A DNA stretch of 64,000 bases from an uncultured delta proteobacterium (GTDB lineage Bacteria; Myxococcota; Kuafuiibacteriia; Kuafuiibacteriales; Kuafuiibacteriaceae). Of the stretch, positions 23,449 to 34,094 are shown piece after piece (position 1 is the stretch's first letter; every line of letters begins with the position of its first letter). A program made the translations under genes and the position numbers. Location: assembly GCA_963803435.1 (NCBI GenBank), contig CAWDML010000001.1:1760001-1824000 (forward strand), given 5' to 3'. Under the pieces are notes generated by a model, which searched no databases, was not told where the DNA came from, and saw nothing but the letters and a program-made list of their open reading frames with translations.

Positions 23449-24774
23449 TCAGTCGGATGTGAAGAAGCTCGGCCATGCCGAGGGCGGCGTGGTCGGCGGA
23501 TTCGAGGCCTCGAGCACCTCGTCGATGCTCCGCCACTCGAGGTTGCCTGAGGAGACCGTGATCGTGCCCGCGATCCAGAGCTCGCCCGCGTTGGCGGAGA
23601 GGTGGGTCGGCCCGATGGGACCGGCGGTGAGCGAGCGCCCCTCCCCGAGCGCGCGCAGGATCGCCGTCGAGCCCGGATCGGCGCCGTCGTACACGGGCTC
23701 CACGATGACGCCGTAGATGCCGTCGGAGACCGACTCCAGGCTGGCGATCTCGGGTCCGAACCCATCGAAGTCGTCCATGATGGTCCCACCAAAGCTGGGC
23801 GACGGGCTCCGGCTCGACAGCGAGGACAGCGGATCACCGAACGCTCCGCCCGGGCCGATCAGGTGGAGATCGAGATCGCTGGTCCCGCCGTCCCAAGAGA
23901 GGACCAGCCGGAGGCCCCGCTCCCGACCGACAGACGAGGCGATCGGCACCGAGCACCGGCTCTCGCCCAGACCGTCGCCGACGCCGGTCACCACCACCTC
24001 GACGCGATTGCTGCCGGCGAAGATCGGGATCCGGTCCAGCGCGAAGGCACCGCCCTGCACCGGGAGCGCGCCGTCGAACACGTCGCCGAAGAGGCTGTGC
24101 ACGCGCCAGACGGCCGTGTGGACCGACTCGGGCGCGACCGTCCCGGAGAGCCGCGGGAGCAAGAGGCCGCCCACCGGCATGTTCTGGTGTGGCTCGCCCA
24201 CCTGGATCGCGGCGCACCCAGGACAGGCGACCTCGACGCTGATCAGATCCGTCTGCTTCGATCCCATCACCGACGCGACCACGTTGATGGTGGAGACACC
24301 CGAGTCGACGAAGACTCCGTCCACCACGAACGGGATCCGGGTGAAGACGCCCTCGTTCTCGTTCTCGACCTGGATGATCCGCGCCGGACCGCCGGAGCAG
24401 TTGCGGTCGCCGCCGGAGAACGCGCTGATGCTGATGTTGCGGGCGGCCGACTCGACCTCGCCGGTGACGCGGATCGATCGGGTCCCGTCGGGGAACAGCG
24501 CATCGGGCTCGGGCTCGATCACGGTCAAGCGCGGCGGTAGCGCCTCGATGCGGCACTGGCCCTGGTTCGTGCAGATGGCGCGGTTGACGTTGTCGTTCGG
24601 CTGCGGGCACTCGGCGGCCGTGAAGCAATCGCTGACGCACTGGCCGGTGGGCGCACCCGAGCCGTGAACGTTGAGGACGCAGTAGCTCAGGATCGGGCAG
24701 TCCGACTGCGACTTGCACGGTGGACCGCCGCAGGCGACGAGCGCCGCGGCGACGAGCGCGGCCGCCCTCAGCAT
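23449..24774 (-). CDS. Cys-rich lipoprotein with C-terminal YfaP/DUF2135-like domain
   Basis: ATG overlaps the upstream stop; lipobox LVAC; LSWDGGTSDLDLH and DDFDGFGPE motifs. Confidence 0.8.
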   Translation of the reverse strand: MLRAAALVAAALVACGGPPCKSQSDCPILSYCVLNVHGSGAPTGQCVSDCFTAAECPQPNDNVNRAICTNQGQCRIEALPPRLTVIEPEPDALFPDGTRSIRVTGEVESAARNISISAFSGGDRNCSGGPARIIQVENENEGVFTRIPFVVDGVFVDSGVSTINVVASVMGSKQTDLISVEVACPGCAAIQVGEPHQNMPVGGLLLPRLSGTVAPESVHTAVWRVHSLFGDVFDGALPVQGGAFALDRIPIFAGSNRVEVVVTGVGDGLGESRCSVPIASSVGRERGLRLVLSWDGGTSDLDLHLIGPGGAFGDPLSSLSSRSPSPSFGGTIMDDFDGFGPEIASLESVSDGIYGVIVEPVYDGADPGSTAILRALGEGRSLTAGPIGPTHLSANAGELWIAGTITVSSGNLEWRSIDEVLEASNPPTTPPSAWPSFFTSD

Positions 24775-27596
24775 GAGGGCGTGTACTCGACCCGGATGTC
24801 GGCGCCCTCGGGCGGCGGCACGGTGAACACGATGCTCTGGGTGGCGGGATCGTAGGTCCACTGGCTGGGAGCGACCTGGTTGCCGTCCACGAACACGAGC
24901 AAGGGCTGCGACTGATCGACGCTCTGCGATAGCCGGAAGATCTTCCGCAGCCCGAAGGCCGCATTGCCGACGTTGGCGAGCGTCGTCGCCCAGTTGGTGC
25001 AGATCGACTCGGAGAGCCCGTTCGTGAGCATCGCGAACTGCTGGTAGCGCGGGGCGGGCGTGGCCGGTCCGAGCGCCGTGTTGCACCCGCTCGGACCGCC
25101 GGTCACCACGGCGGTGGTGTAGCCGCCGAGCGCGCGCGTGCGGAGATCGTTGTAGTACGAGACCGGCGACAGGAGCGACTGGTCGTCCTCGTCGGAGATG
25201 AGCACGACGGCGAGCCCGGCGTCCGGTCGCAGGAGATCGGCGTTGAAGCCGATCCCCGCCGCGGCCAGGTTCAGCGCGCCCTGCATCGCATCGAGCCCCT
25301 GTTCGATGCCGGATCCGTTGACGCCGACGCTCGCCTGGGCCTGGAAGGCCGCCTCGAGGTTGAAGGTCTGCGGGTCGAGCACCGGTCCCACCAGCGCGCC
25401 GGCGCTGGGGAACAACGTGGTGGTGGTGATGCCGAGGTGGAAGTCGACCTGGCGCAGGTTCGCCTGCTGGATGAAGCGCTGGAAGTTCTGCGACAGCGCG
25501 GCCTGGTCGTCGCCCATCGAGCAAGAGTCGTCGATCACGAAGAGGACGTCGACGGCCCGGGTGGTGTTCTGGTTGAAGTCGTCGGTGATCCGCGGATTGT
25601 CGGCGCCCGCGCCTCGGATCGGGACGATGAGCGGATACGGGAGGTCCGTCACGTCGATCTCGATCTCACCGGTGTCGGTACCCAGATCGTCCGCGCCGTA
25701 GCCGACCGTGAAGGGGTTCGAGGTGCCGGCCAGCAGGGTGAAGGGCGTCGCCGTCGAGGGGGTGAAGCGGATCTCCGAGGTGCTGGCGGTCAGCGTGATC
25801 GAGGAGACCTGCACGTTGACCGTGCCGGCGTTGAAGAGGCGAACCTCCCGGAGGCCGGCGTCGCAGCCGGGCCGCGCCGATCCGAAGTCGAGGCTGGTCG
25901 GCTGCGTGAAGATGTCGACGTAGCCCGCCGCCGTCCCCAGCAGCGTGAGGTGGCGCTCCGGAAAGACCGGATCACCGGTGAGGATCACGAAGTTCGCCTT
26001 GGACTCCACCGCCATCGTCGGCGCGTACTCGAACTCGAGCACGGTGGAGCCTCCGGGCGGCAGCGCGATGGGAAACGGCGCGCCCACGAGCGAGATGTAC
26101 GGATCGAGCGGGGCACGGAACGCGCCCGAGGCCAGCAGACACTCGTCGTCGCCCGAGTTCGTCAGCGTGGTCGCCTTGCGGCGCACGAACGACGGGGGGA
26201 GGAGACCGAAGTTGACGCGCTCCGGGCTGGGGGTCAGCTCGCAGAGCCAATCGGTCAGGCCGGCCGTCACCGGAACGTCGACGGAGGGCCGGGCCGGATC
26301 GTCGCTCGTGATCGTGACGGTGCCCTCGTACTCGCCGATGGCCGCCGGAGTAAAGGTCACGTTGACCACGATCGACTGTCCCGAGCCGATGCGCGCCGGA
26401 AGACCGGGAACGTCCGCAAGCGCCAGCTCCGACGCGCCGGAGATGGAGACGCTCTCGACCCGAACGTCGGACGAGCCGGCGTTGATCAGGAGGATCGATC
26501 TTCGATGGGTGATCATCTCGCGCTGCGCCCCGAAGCTGATCGCCTCCGGCTGCACGACGAACAGGGGGCCCTCCCCCCGCCCGATCACGGAGGCGCGCAC
26601 CTCCGGGGCCAGCGGATCGGTGGTGGCGACGACGACCTCGCCCGAGAACTCGGCCGCCCGATCGGGCGTGAACGCGACGTTGATGCCGAGGTTCTCACCG
26701 GGACCGAGCTCGAGCGGAGCGGGACGACCGAAGTCCGCGGCGAGCGCGGCGCCGCCGACGGTGGCGATCGAGGTCAGCGTGACCGCCCGGGCGCCCTGGT
26801 TCTGCACCACCGCCTGCAGCGTGTGGGTCTCGCCGAGCCCGACACCGCCGAAGTCGAGGAGCGGCGGCATGATCTGAACGATCGGCTGAGCCGCCGATGC
26901 GATCACCTGGACTTCGAGACCGCAGCGCTCGCCGCACGTCTCGAAGGTGATTCGGCCGCCGTCGTCGCCGATCTCGAAGGGTCGATACTCGAGATCGAGC
27001 GTCAGCTCGGAGCGAGGGCCGATCGCGAAGGTACCCGGCAATGCGAAGCTGGCCAGCGCGCTCAGGGAGAAGTGCTCAGGGCGCGCGAAGTCGGCGGTGA
27101 TGATGGTCCCGCCCACCTCCCCGATGCCGAGGTTGTCGAGGACGATCTCCTGCACACGGGTGGTGCCGACCGCGGTGTTGGAGAGATCGAGCACCGTGGG
27201 TCGTACCGTCACGGAGCCCTCGACGCCGCGGCCCGTGAGCGTGACCTCGCGCGGCCCGCCCGGATCGTTGCTGGCGAAGACGAGGGTCTTGCTCTGCGGT
27301 TCATCGTTGGTGGGCGTGAAGGACAGATCGATCGTGCGGCCGGCGCCGGGGAGGATCGTGGTCTCGGGGAGGACGACGCCGAACGGGCTCTGGACGTCGG
27401 CGCTCTGGACGACGAGGTCCGCGGTCCCGACGTTTTCGACCACCAGGGAGGCGCGCTTGGTGGCGCCGAGCGGGACCTCTCCGAAGTCGACGCGATCGGT
27501 GCTCAGCTCCAGGCCGGGCACGACCTTGCCGAGCTGCGGCGCCTCACCGCACTCGCACGCTCCGAGGATGAGAGGGACCAGGAGGAGCCGGCGCAC
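24768..27596 (-). CDS. Lipoprotein with tandem Ig-like (choice-of-anchor D/ASH) domains and a C-terminal VWA domain
   Basis: Lipobox LGAC; repeated DFG...N.G units; MIDAS VDVLFVIDDSCSM; ISDEDDQS. Confidence 0.88.
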   Translation of the reverse strand: MRRLLLVPLILGACECGEAPQLGKVVPGLELSTDRVDFGEVPLGATKRASLVVENVGTADLVVQSADVQSPFGVVLPETTILPGAGRTIDLSFTPTNDEPQSKTLVFASNDPGGPREVTLTGRGVEGSVTVRPTVLDLSNTAVGTTRVQEIVLDNLGIGEVGGTIITADFARPEHFSLSALASFALPGTFAIGPRSELTLDLEYRPFEIGDDGGRITFETCGERCGLEVQVIASAAQPIVQIMPPLLDFGGVGLGETHTLQAVVQNQGARAVTLTSIATVGGAALAADFGRPAPLELGPGENLGINVAFTPDRAAEFSGEVVVATTDPLAPEVRASVIGRGEGPLFVVQPEAISFGAQREMITHRRSILLINAGSSDVRVESVSISGASELALADVPGLPARIGSGQSIVVNVTFTPAAIGEYEGTVTITSDDPARPSVDVPVTAGLTDWLCELTPSPERVNFGLLPPSFVRRKATTLTNSGDDECLLASGAFRAPLDPYISLVGAPFPIALPPGGSTVLEFEYAPTMAVESKANFVILTGDPVFPERHLTLLGTAAGYVDIFTQPTSLDFGSARPGCDAGLREVRLFNAGTVNVQVSSITLTASTSEIRFTPSTATPFTLLAGTSNPFTVGYGADDLGTDTGEIEIDVTDLPYPLIVPIRGAGADNPRITDDFNQNTTRAVDVLFVIDDSCSMGDDQAALSQNFQRFIQQANLRQVDFHLGITTTTLFPSAGALVGPVLDPQTFNLEAAFQAQASVGVNGSGIEQGLDAMQGALNLAAAGIGFNADLLRPDAGLAVVLISDEDDQSLLSPVSYYNDLRTRALGGYTTAVVTGGPSGCNTALGPATPAPRYQQFAMLTNGLSESICTNWATTLANVGNAAFGLRKIFRLSQSVDQSQPLLVFVDGNQVAPSQWTYDPATQSIVFTVPPPEGADIRVEYTPSC

Positions 27597-27654
27597 GCGT
27601 GAAGCATAGCGCAGGGCCGGTGTGGGTAGACGTCGCCAAAAACGCGCGGCGGCG

Positions 27655-28845
27655 TCAGCGGAGGCGCGACAGGCGGCCGGCGAACGTGGGGGCGTCGATC
27701 TTGTTCACGAAGAGATCGAAAATGTCGGCCCGCGACGCCATCACCTCCGGGCCCGCCTTCGCGCCGATGATGACGCGGTCCACGCCCGCTTCGACGCCGC
27801 GGGTCTGCTCGAAGAAGACCACGGTCGCCTCGAAGATCGGCACCAGCTCATCGACCTGGGCGAGCGCGTGAGGAAGCTCGATGCGGAGCGCGCGAAAGCG
27901 GCCGTCGGTACGGATCATGAGAGACGTCGTCACGCCCTTGCCGGCGTGCTTGCGAAGCAGCGGGAGGGCGGCGTCGATCCCGACCTGGTAGGGCGTCGCG
28001 TCGATGGGCGCGAAGCGCTCGTTGGCCATCGGGAGCGACGCGACGGCCCCGGCCGCCGGCGGCGGGGGTGGTGACCGAGGCGGCGCGGCCCGAGCAGGCG
28101 GCGCCCGCGCAGGCGGCGGGGCGACGACGGCCGGCGGCGGCGGGGCGACGGCCACCGGCGCCACCGGAGGCGCGGCGGCCGGCGGGGGCTCCGCCTTGAG
28201 GGCCGCCGCCAGGGCCGACACGGTGCGGAGCCCCGGGAAGTCGCGCGACGAGAGGCACTTGGTCCAGCGATCGAGGTGGCGATCGAGCTCCTCGCGCGCG
28301 CTGTCCGCCCGGGCCGCGTCCCCGGCGGCCCCGGCGACGTTCTCAATCTGCTTCGAGCGAGCGGCCATCATGACCTCTCGGTCGCAGTCGCCGCGGGTCT
28401 CCAGGCCCACGTCGCCGGCGAGCCCGTAGGCGCGCTCGAGCAGCGGCAGCGCCTCGGCCGGGCGCTTCAGGATCAACAGACCGCGCGCCTGGAGATCGTA
28501 TCCGAACATCCGGAAGCGATCGGGCTGCGCGGGCGTCTTGCCTGCGACCGCCACCTCGCGCATCACCGCGTCGATGAGCTGCAAGCCTTCCTGCGTTTGA
28601 CCCATCTCGATCATCGCGCCGGCGCGCCAGAGTCGATACCAGAAGACATCACGCGACTTCTCATTCTGGCGCTCGAACACCGCCGCCTTGTCGAGGACGG
28701 TGCCGAAACGGTCCGAAGCGGCCGCGGGCGCCAGCTCGGCTTCGCGGCTCAGGTGGGGCGCGAGCGCGCCCTTGAGGCAGCCGGTCTCCGAGACGAGGAC
28801 GAGGACGACCAGGGCCGCCCTGAGCACGCTTCGCTTGCCGACCAT
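27655..28845 (-). CDS. Hypothetical lipoprotein with TPR-like region and Pro-rich linker
   Basis: Signal peptide ending in ETGC; overlaps the upstream stop. Confidence 0.75.
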   Translation of the reverse strand: MVGKRSVLRAALVVLVLVSETGCLKGALAPHLSREAELAPAAASDRFGTVLDKAAVFERQNEKSRDVFWYRLWRAGAMIEMGQTQEGLQLIDAVMREVAVAGKTPAQPDRFRMFGYDLQARGLLILKRPAEALPLLERAYGLAGDVGLETRGDCDREVMMAARSKQIENVAGAAGDAARADSAREELDRHLDRWTKCLSSRDFPGLRTVSALAAALKAEPPPAAAPPVAPVAVAPPPPAVVAPPPARAPPARAAPPRSPPPPPAAGAVASLPMANERFAPIDATPYQVGIDAALPLLRKHAGKGVTTSLMIRTDGRFRALRIELPHALAQVDELVPIFEATVVFFEQTRGVEAGVDRVIIGAKAGPEVMASRADIFDLFVNKIDAPTFAGRLSRLR

Positions 28846-31280
28846 CAACGGAACCTGTTCAGGAGGAAGCGCTCGAGCTCCTTCATCGTCCGGCGGTCAC
28901 CGTCCGACAGGCGCTCGTCCTTGAGGAGCGACGCGTAGATCTCGGCGACGCCCTCGGCATCGTCGGCCTGCATCAGCGCCTGCGCCTCGACCGTCCGCCA
29001 GTCGGCCAGCGCGGCGCCGTGGCTCCTCACCTTCAGCGAGACCTCCTTGGCCGCCGTGCTGATCATCTCCTCGAGGACGCGGTGAGCGTCGACGCCGTCC
29101 TCGAGCTCGTCCTTGGGGATGCTCTTGGTATCGAAGCCCGCATCGACGTGCTCCTGCATCACGACCTTCGAGCCGAGGAGGAGCTGCACCGTCAGGACGA
29201 TCCGTCCCTTGGGCGTGGGATCGCAGCTCTCGACGGCGCTGCGCAGCGTGACCGGCGGCAGCTGCCGCGTCTTCTGATCGACGTCCTCGGTCTCGTGGGC
29301 AGCGAGGAAGGCAGCGCCCAGCTTCGGCGTGCGATTGAGATAGAGCACCATTCGATCTCGCAAGTGCGACTCCACGCCGCGGCACGCGTCGCCGAGATGA
29401 TCGCCTCGGATCGCCGGCGCGACATAGCCGTCCGGCTCGCTGCCGAAGCCGAGCGAGCGCTCGATCTTCGCCATCGCCTGCTTGGCCTCGGCCTGCTCCG
29501 GATCCACGTCGAGCACGCGGCGATAGTAGATGAACGCTGCGCCCAGACGGCCGGCGGCCTGATGATCGCGGGCAGCCTCGAGCGCCTCGCCGGCCAGCTC
29601 CGCCTTCAGCTCCTCGATCCCCGCGCGCGCTCCCTGGTCGTCGGGCGTGATCTCGAGGATCGCGCGGTAGGCCGCCGCCGCCCGCGTCGAGTCCTCGACC
29701 ACGCGGGCCTCCGCGGCTTGCTTCTGAAGCTCGTCGAGCCGGGCGGACGTCGCGATCTCGAGACCGAGGCGGGCGAGCTTCGATCGTCCGTCCACCTCGA
29801 CCGCCCGTCCGAAGCGCGCGCGCGCCGCGGCGTAGTCCTTGTGCTCGAGTGAGGCCATGCCCTCCCCGAGGTGGGAGGCCAGCGCGGCGGGCGCCTTCGC
29901 GATCTCGAGCGCGGTCGCGAGCTGCTCGGTCGCCTCCTCGAACTTGTGCTGCCGCGCGCCGGCGGAGGCACGCTCCACCAGCTCGCCGAACGCCCGCCTC
30001 ACCAGCTTCTTCTTGGCGGCCTCGTAGCCGGGAAGCGCCTCCGCGAACGGAGCCAGCCGGCGCAGCGCCACCAGCGCCTGGGCCGGCGCGGCGTCCCCTC
30101 GGCTCTTCGCAGCCTCGAACTCCACCCGCGCCACCGTCGCCATCACCGTCTTGGCCGCGAGCGCCACCTGGACGCCGGGCGCCTGCGCGAGCGCGGCCTC
30201 GATCTTCGGCTTGGCCAATCCGGGCGCGCCGTTGTTGAGCTCCTCGATCGCGGCGGCGAGCAGGTCGAGCACCTTCGCCGGTGCGTCGGTGTGCTCCAGC
30301 GCCAGGGTGAGCTCGGCGGCGCCCTTCTCCGCGAAGCCGCGGACCGCATAGTCCTCGGCGCGCTTCGAGCGCACCAGCGCGCTCTTCTCTCGGGCGATCC
30401 GGGCCCGATCCTGGACCTCGATCGGCGCGCTCCGGCTGGCCGCCATGACCGTGTACAGCTCCGCGGCGTCCTCCCACTTGTTCTGCTGCTCGTAGCGGCG
30501 CGCCTGATCGAGCTGCTCGAGCGTCGACCCGGCGCCGCGCTTGGCCCGCCGCATCTTCTGGACGATCGAGCGGCTCGGAGACAGCCGCGAAGCCTGCTCG
30601 AACGCCTGGTAGGCGCCGAGGGCGTCGCCCTTGGCGAGCAGCTCGTCACCCTCGACCTCGAGGTGCCGCGCCTGGGTCCGGACGTACATCCCGCTGGTGA
30701 AGACGGCGTGGTCGGGCTCGATCTCGTGGGCGACCTGATACTCCTGGAACGCCTGCGCCCAAGACTCGGCGTCGGCATAGACCTGCGCCAACCTGAGGTG
30801 ATAACCGAGGGCCGTCTTCTTGGCCTCGTGCAAGGTCGCTTGCGCGCCGGGATCGTTCGGGATCGTCTTCTTGAGCTCGACGGCCGCGCGGTAGAACTCG
30901 ACGGGATCCGCCTGGTGAGTCCGGAGCTCGGCCAGCGCCCGGCGCGCCTTCAGCTCCGGATCGTCCTTCAGCACCTCGAGCGCGCGATCCCACTGCTCGA
31001 CCGCGCCGGCGAAGTCGCGGGCCGCCTCCGCGCGCCGGGCGGCCTCGACGTTCGCACCGGCGGCCTCGCGCTGGGTCTCGGTGAGCGCGGCGCGATAGGC
31101 GTCGCGCTTGGGGTCTGCGTCGACCGCCAGTCGGTATTCGCGGATCGCCGTGGTGAGGTCTCCCCGCTGATGCGCCTTCTCCGCGCGAGAGAACGCAGCG
31201 CGCCCATTCATGGCGGCGCAACCGGCCAGCGCGAGGGTGGCCGTGATGAAAAGCGCGGGCGGGCTGCAACGGCGAAACAT
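28845..31280 (-). CDS. Large TPR-repeat lipoprotein
   Basis: Lipobox LAGC; many TPR-like units (A...Y..A...DP). Confidence 0.85.
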   Translation of the reverse strand: MFRRCSPPALFITATLALAGCAAMNGRAAFSRAEKAHQRGDLTTAIREYRLAVDADPKRDAYRAALTETQREAAGANVEAARRAEAARDFAGAVEQWDRALEVLKDDPELKARRALAELRTHQADPVEFYRAAVELKKTIPNDPGAQATLHEAKKTALGYHLRLAQVYADAESWAQAFQEYQVAHEIEPDHAVFTSGMYVRTQARHLEVEGDELLAKGDALGAYQAFEQASRLSPSRSIVQKMRRAKRGAGSTLEQLDQARRYEQQNKWEDAAELYTVMAASRSAPIEVQDRARIAREKSALVRSKRAEDYAVRGFAEKGAAELTLALEHTDAPAKVLDLLAAAIEELNNGAPGLAKPKIEAALAQAPGVQVALAAKTVMATVARVEFEAAKSRGDAAPAQALVALRRLAPFAEALPGYEAAKKKLVRRAFGELVERASAGARQHKFEEATEQLATALEIAKAPAALASHLGEGMASLEHKDYAAARARFGRAVEVDGRSKLARLGLEIATSARLDELQKQAAEARVVEDSTRAAAAYRAILEITPDDQGARAGIEELKAELAGEALEAARDHQAAGRLGAAFIYYRRVLDVDPEQAEAKQAMAKIERSLGFGSEPDGYVAPAIRGDHLGDACRGVESHLRDRMVLYLNRTPKLGAAFLAAHETEDVDQKTRQLPPVTLRSAVESCDPTPKGRIVLTVQLLLGSKVVMQEHVDAGFDTKSIPKDELEDGVDAHRVLEEMISTAAKEVSLKVRSHGAALADWRTVEAQALMQADDAEGVAEIYASLLKDERLSDGDRRTMKELERFLLNRFR

Positions 31281-31462
31281 CGGGCCTCCAAACCAGAAGT
31301 CGCGGGGCTTGGACACCGGAAAGGGGCGGAGGAAAAACCTCCTTGATTCCCGCGGTGTTGCGGCCCGGTTTCCCTCATCTGGGTGGTACGCCGCACTTGA
31401 GAGAACCTTCCTCCACACCCGGGCCGCACGTTTTCTTTTCGCGCCGCCGATAACCGGGGGAG

Positions 31463-32776
31463 ATGAACGACTTCGGAATCGGGTCCCAGCCTCGGGTCGC
31501 CGGCGCGACGGACCTGCCGGCCTCGGTGCCCGTCTCGACCCCGGAGGCCCTGCTCGCCGGGGGCTCGATGATGACGAAGGCCCACCGGCGGCTGATCGAG
31601 GGCCCAGCCCACAAGAGCGGTGAGGGCCTGGGGAGGACGAGCTTTCGCGGCACGGCAGGGCTCGCGGGGCTCCAGCTGTTCGCCCAGAAGCCGGCGCCGC
31701 TCGACGAGGCGGTCTTCGGACCCAACGTCGAGCTGCGGGATCTCGCGCGCGAGGTGATGAAGGCCGTCGATGCCGGCATCGAGGTGGGCGCGCGTTCGAA
31801 GTGGCGGAAGAAGAAGTACCTGGCCACCCTCAAGCAGGCGAGCAGCCGGATCGCACACGACACCGTCAAGCGGCTGGCCGCCGACGCCGAGGCCGGCAGG
31901 GTCATCACGCGCGAGCAGGTCCGGTCCGCCGTGGCGGAGGCGGTCACCGAGGCGATCCAGAACGTCCCCAGCGCGCTGAGGAAGGAGAACCTCCTCGGCT
32001 TCGGCCTGTTCGCGATCGGCCTTGCGCTCAGCGGCGTCGTCAACGTCGAGCTCATGACGGTCCTCCCGGAGACGTCGCTCGGGGCGAAGCTGGCGATCCA
32101 GAGCATGATCGGCACGGTGATGGGCTACCTCCTCGCCGTCTTCAACCCGTACTTCAACGACAAGATGAGCAACCAGTCGCGCGCCCTCAACTACAAGATC
32201 CTGAACGGGATGATGTCGCTCCTCGGCGAGGAGCAGACCGAGCGCGAGAAGGAGCACGCGATCGAGAGCTCCGTCCAGGCGCAGCTCGGCGAGGTCTACA
32301 TCGCGCAGCAGGCGGTCGACGGGCGGGTCCAGGGCGTGCTCGGCCTGATGATCGGGTTCTGCTCCTTCATCGGAGAGTCCTTCTACAAGGCGCGCTACAT
32401 CCTCGACGACACCAGCAACGAGCGGAGGATGGAGGACGCCTGCGATCTCATGGCCGGGATCTTCGTGACCTCGCGGCTGGTCTTCTACGCGCTCAAGCCC
32501 GAGTTCAGGGAGCTCTTCGACGCGTACATCTACTCGGTGCTCCAGCCGACGCTCCGCAAGCACTCCAGCGTCCACGGTGGCGAGATGTTCGATCTGATCA
32601 TGGGGCGGATCCGCGACTCGAAGCCGACACCCTCGGAGGAGACGATCCGGAAGTACTACGAGCCGTTCGTTCGGGGCGCCCTCGGGCTCGATCAACCGGG
32701 CGATACCCGGGACCTCCTCGCAGAGGTGAAGGATCTCCTCCGTGCGGAGGGCTCGGAGGGCGCGCTGCCGTCTTGA
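31463..32776 (+). CDS. Hypothetical helical protein with 2-3 hydrophobic segments
   Basis: 437-aa ORF with host codon usage; GGGGAG RBS. Confidence 0.8.
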   Translation: MNDFGIGSQPRVAGATDLPASVPVSTPEALLAGGSMMTKAHRRLIEGPAHKSGEGLGRTSFRGTAGLAGLQLFAQKPAPLDEAVFGPNVELRDLAREVMKAVDAGIEVGARSKWRKKKYLATLKQASSRIAHDTVKRLAADAEAGRVITREQVRSAVAEAVTEAIQNVPSALRKENLLGFGLFAIGLALSGVVNVELMTVLPETSLGAKLAIQSMIGTVMGYLLAVFNPYFNDKMSNQSRALNYKILNGMMSLLGEEQTEREKEHAIESSVQAQLGEVYIAQQAVDGRVQGVLGLMIGFCSFIGESFYKARYILDDTSNERRMEDACDLMAGIFVTSRLVFYALKPEFRELFDAYIYSVLQPTLRKHSSVHGGEMFDLIMGRIRDSKPTPSEETIRKYYEPFVRGALGLDQPGDTRDLLAEVKDLLRAEGSEGALPS

Positions 32777-32810
32777 CGCCGTCCCGTCGGCCACCGATGG
32801 TCACGGCACG

Positions 32811-33401
32811 ATGCGAACGGCATTCTCCTTGTCGCTTCTCCTGATCGCGTGCGACTCGACTCCGACGCCGGAAGCCCCTCCGGCGCCGCCGCCGGCATCG
32901 GTCGCGCCCACCGCGCCGCCGCCCTCGGCAGAGCCGCCCCCCGCGACCCCCGAGCCGCCCCCGGCCCCGCCGGTGGCGCCGCCCTCCTCCGATGCCTTCA
33001 CCCAGGCGATGGACCGCGCCTTCGCCGCCAGCGCCAAGAACGACGCACCCGGCGCAGCCGCGGGCTTCGAGAAGGCCCTCGAGCTCCGCCCGAAGGACGC
33101 GAACGCGCTGGCTGGTCTGGCCGAGGCCCAGTTCGCGCAGAACCAGCAGGCCGCGGCCGTCTCCAACGCGGAGAAGGCCTGGGCCGCCAACCCCAAGGAT
33201 CCGCAGGTGCGCTGGACGTTCGGCCTGATCATGCTGGCCAACAAGAAGCGGACGGCGGAGGCCATCGAGGCCTGGAAGGCGCTGGCCCGGGAGAACTCAG
33301 GCTACGCGGAGCGCCTCGGGATCCCAGCTCGGCTCGAGGCCATCGAGAGGTTCACGAAGGATCCGAACCACGGCAAGGCCCCGACCAAGGCGGCGCACTG
33401 A
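32811..33401 (+). CDS. TPR lipoprotein with Pro-rich linker
   Basis: Lipobox LIAC; FEKALELRP TPR. Confidence 0.8.
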   Translation: MRTAFSLSLLLIACDSTPTPEAPPAPPPASVAPTAPPPSAEPPPATPEPPPAPPVAPPSSDAFTQAMDRAFAASAKNDAPGAAAGFEKALELRPKDANALAGLAEAQFAQNQQAAAVSNAEKAWAANPKDPQVRWTFGLIMLANKKRTAEAIEAWKALARENSGYAERLGIPARLEAIERFTKDPNHGKAPTKAAH

Positions 33402-33407
33402 GAGCGA

Positions 33408-34094
33408 TCAGAGCGCGCTGACCGCCACCGAGCGGGCCAGGTTCGACCGGACCTTCGAGGCTTGATCGGCGCCCGAGAAGTCCATCCCCTCGAACCAGAC
33501 CGGATAGCGCGTCCCGATCACCAGCGACGCGGACAGACGCTCGGCGTCCAGCACCAGCCGCTCGGGGAGATCGACCTCGGCCGAGACACCACCCTCTACG
33601 TCGATGGTGAACGGTTCCATCTGGCCGCTGGGCGTCCTCTGCTCGCCGGAGATCCGGGCGGTGATCGCGGACTCAGCGATCGGCGCGAGCTCGACCCGCA
33701 CGCTGCAGTAGTCGCCGGGCGCCTGGCGAAGCTCGCTGATCGGCACCGGGCTCTCGTCGGGCCAGGCGAGCGTGTCCACACCCCTGACCGCCGGGATGAA
33801 CTCGTGGGCCAGCGCCGTCGCCTCCGGCACCACCAGCTCGCGGATGGCCCGCGTCAAGATCGCCTCGCTGCACGACACCAGCTCGATCGCGCGCACCGCC
33901 ACGAACCCATCCTCGAGGCGGATGGAGTGGCCCCGGTCGTTCATGAAGGTCCGCGCGTCCTCGCCGACCGCGACGTCGACGCCGCCCGGTCCGTGCTGGA
34001 GGTAGAGCGAGACCACGATCCCCTCGTCGTAGGACGAGCACCCGCCGAGCAGGCCGGCGGCGAGACCGGCGAGAAGCACCCGCTCAGAAGTCAT
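33408..34094 (-). CDS. Hypothetical lipoprotein
   Basis: Lipobox LGGC; start overlaps the upstream gene. Confidence 0.75.
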   Translation of the reverse strand: MTSERVLLAGLAAGLLGGCSSYDEGIVVSLYLQHGPGGVDVAVGEDARTFMNDRGHSIRLEDGFVAVRAIELVSCSEAILTRAIRELVVPEATALAHEFIPAVRGVDTLAWPDESPVPISELRQAPGDYCSVRVELAPIAESAITARISGEQRTPSGQMEPFTIDVEGGVSAEVDLPERLVLDAERLSASLVIGTRYPVWFEGMDFSGADQASKVRSNLARSVAVSAL

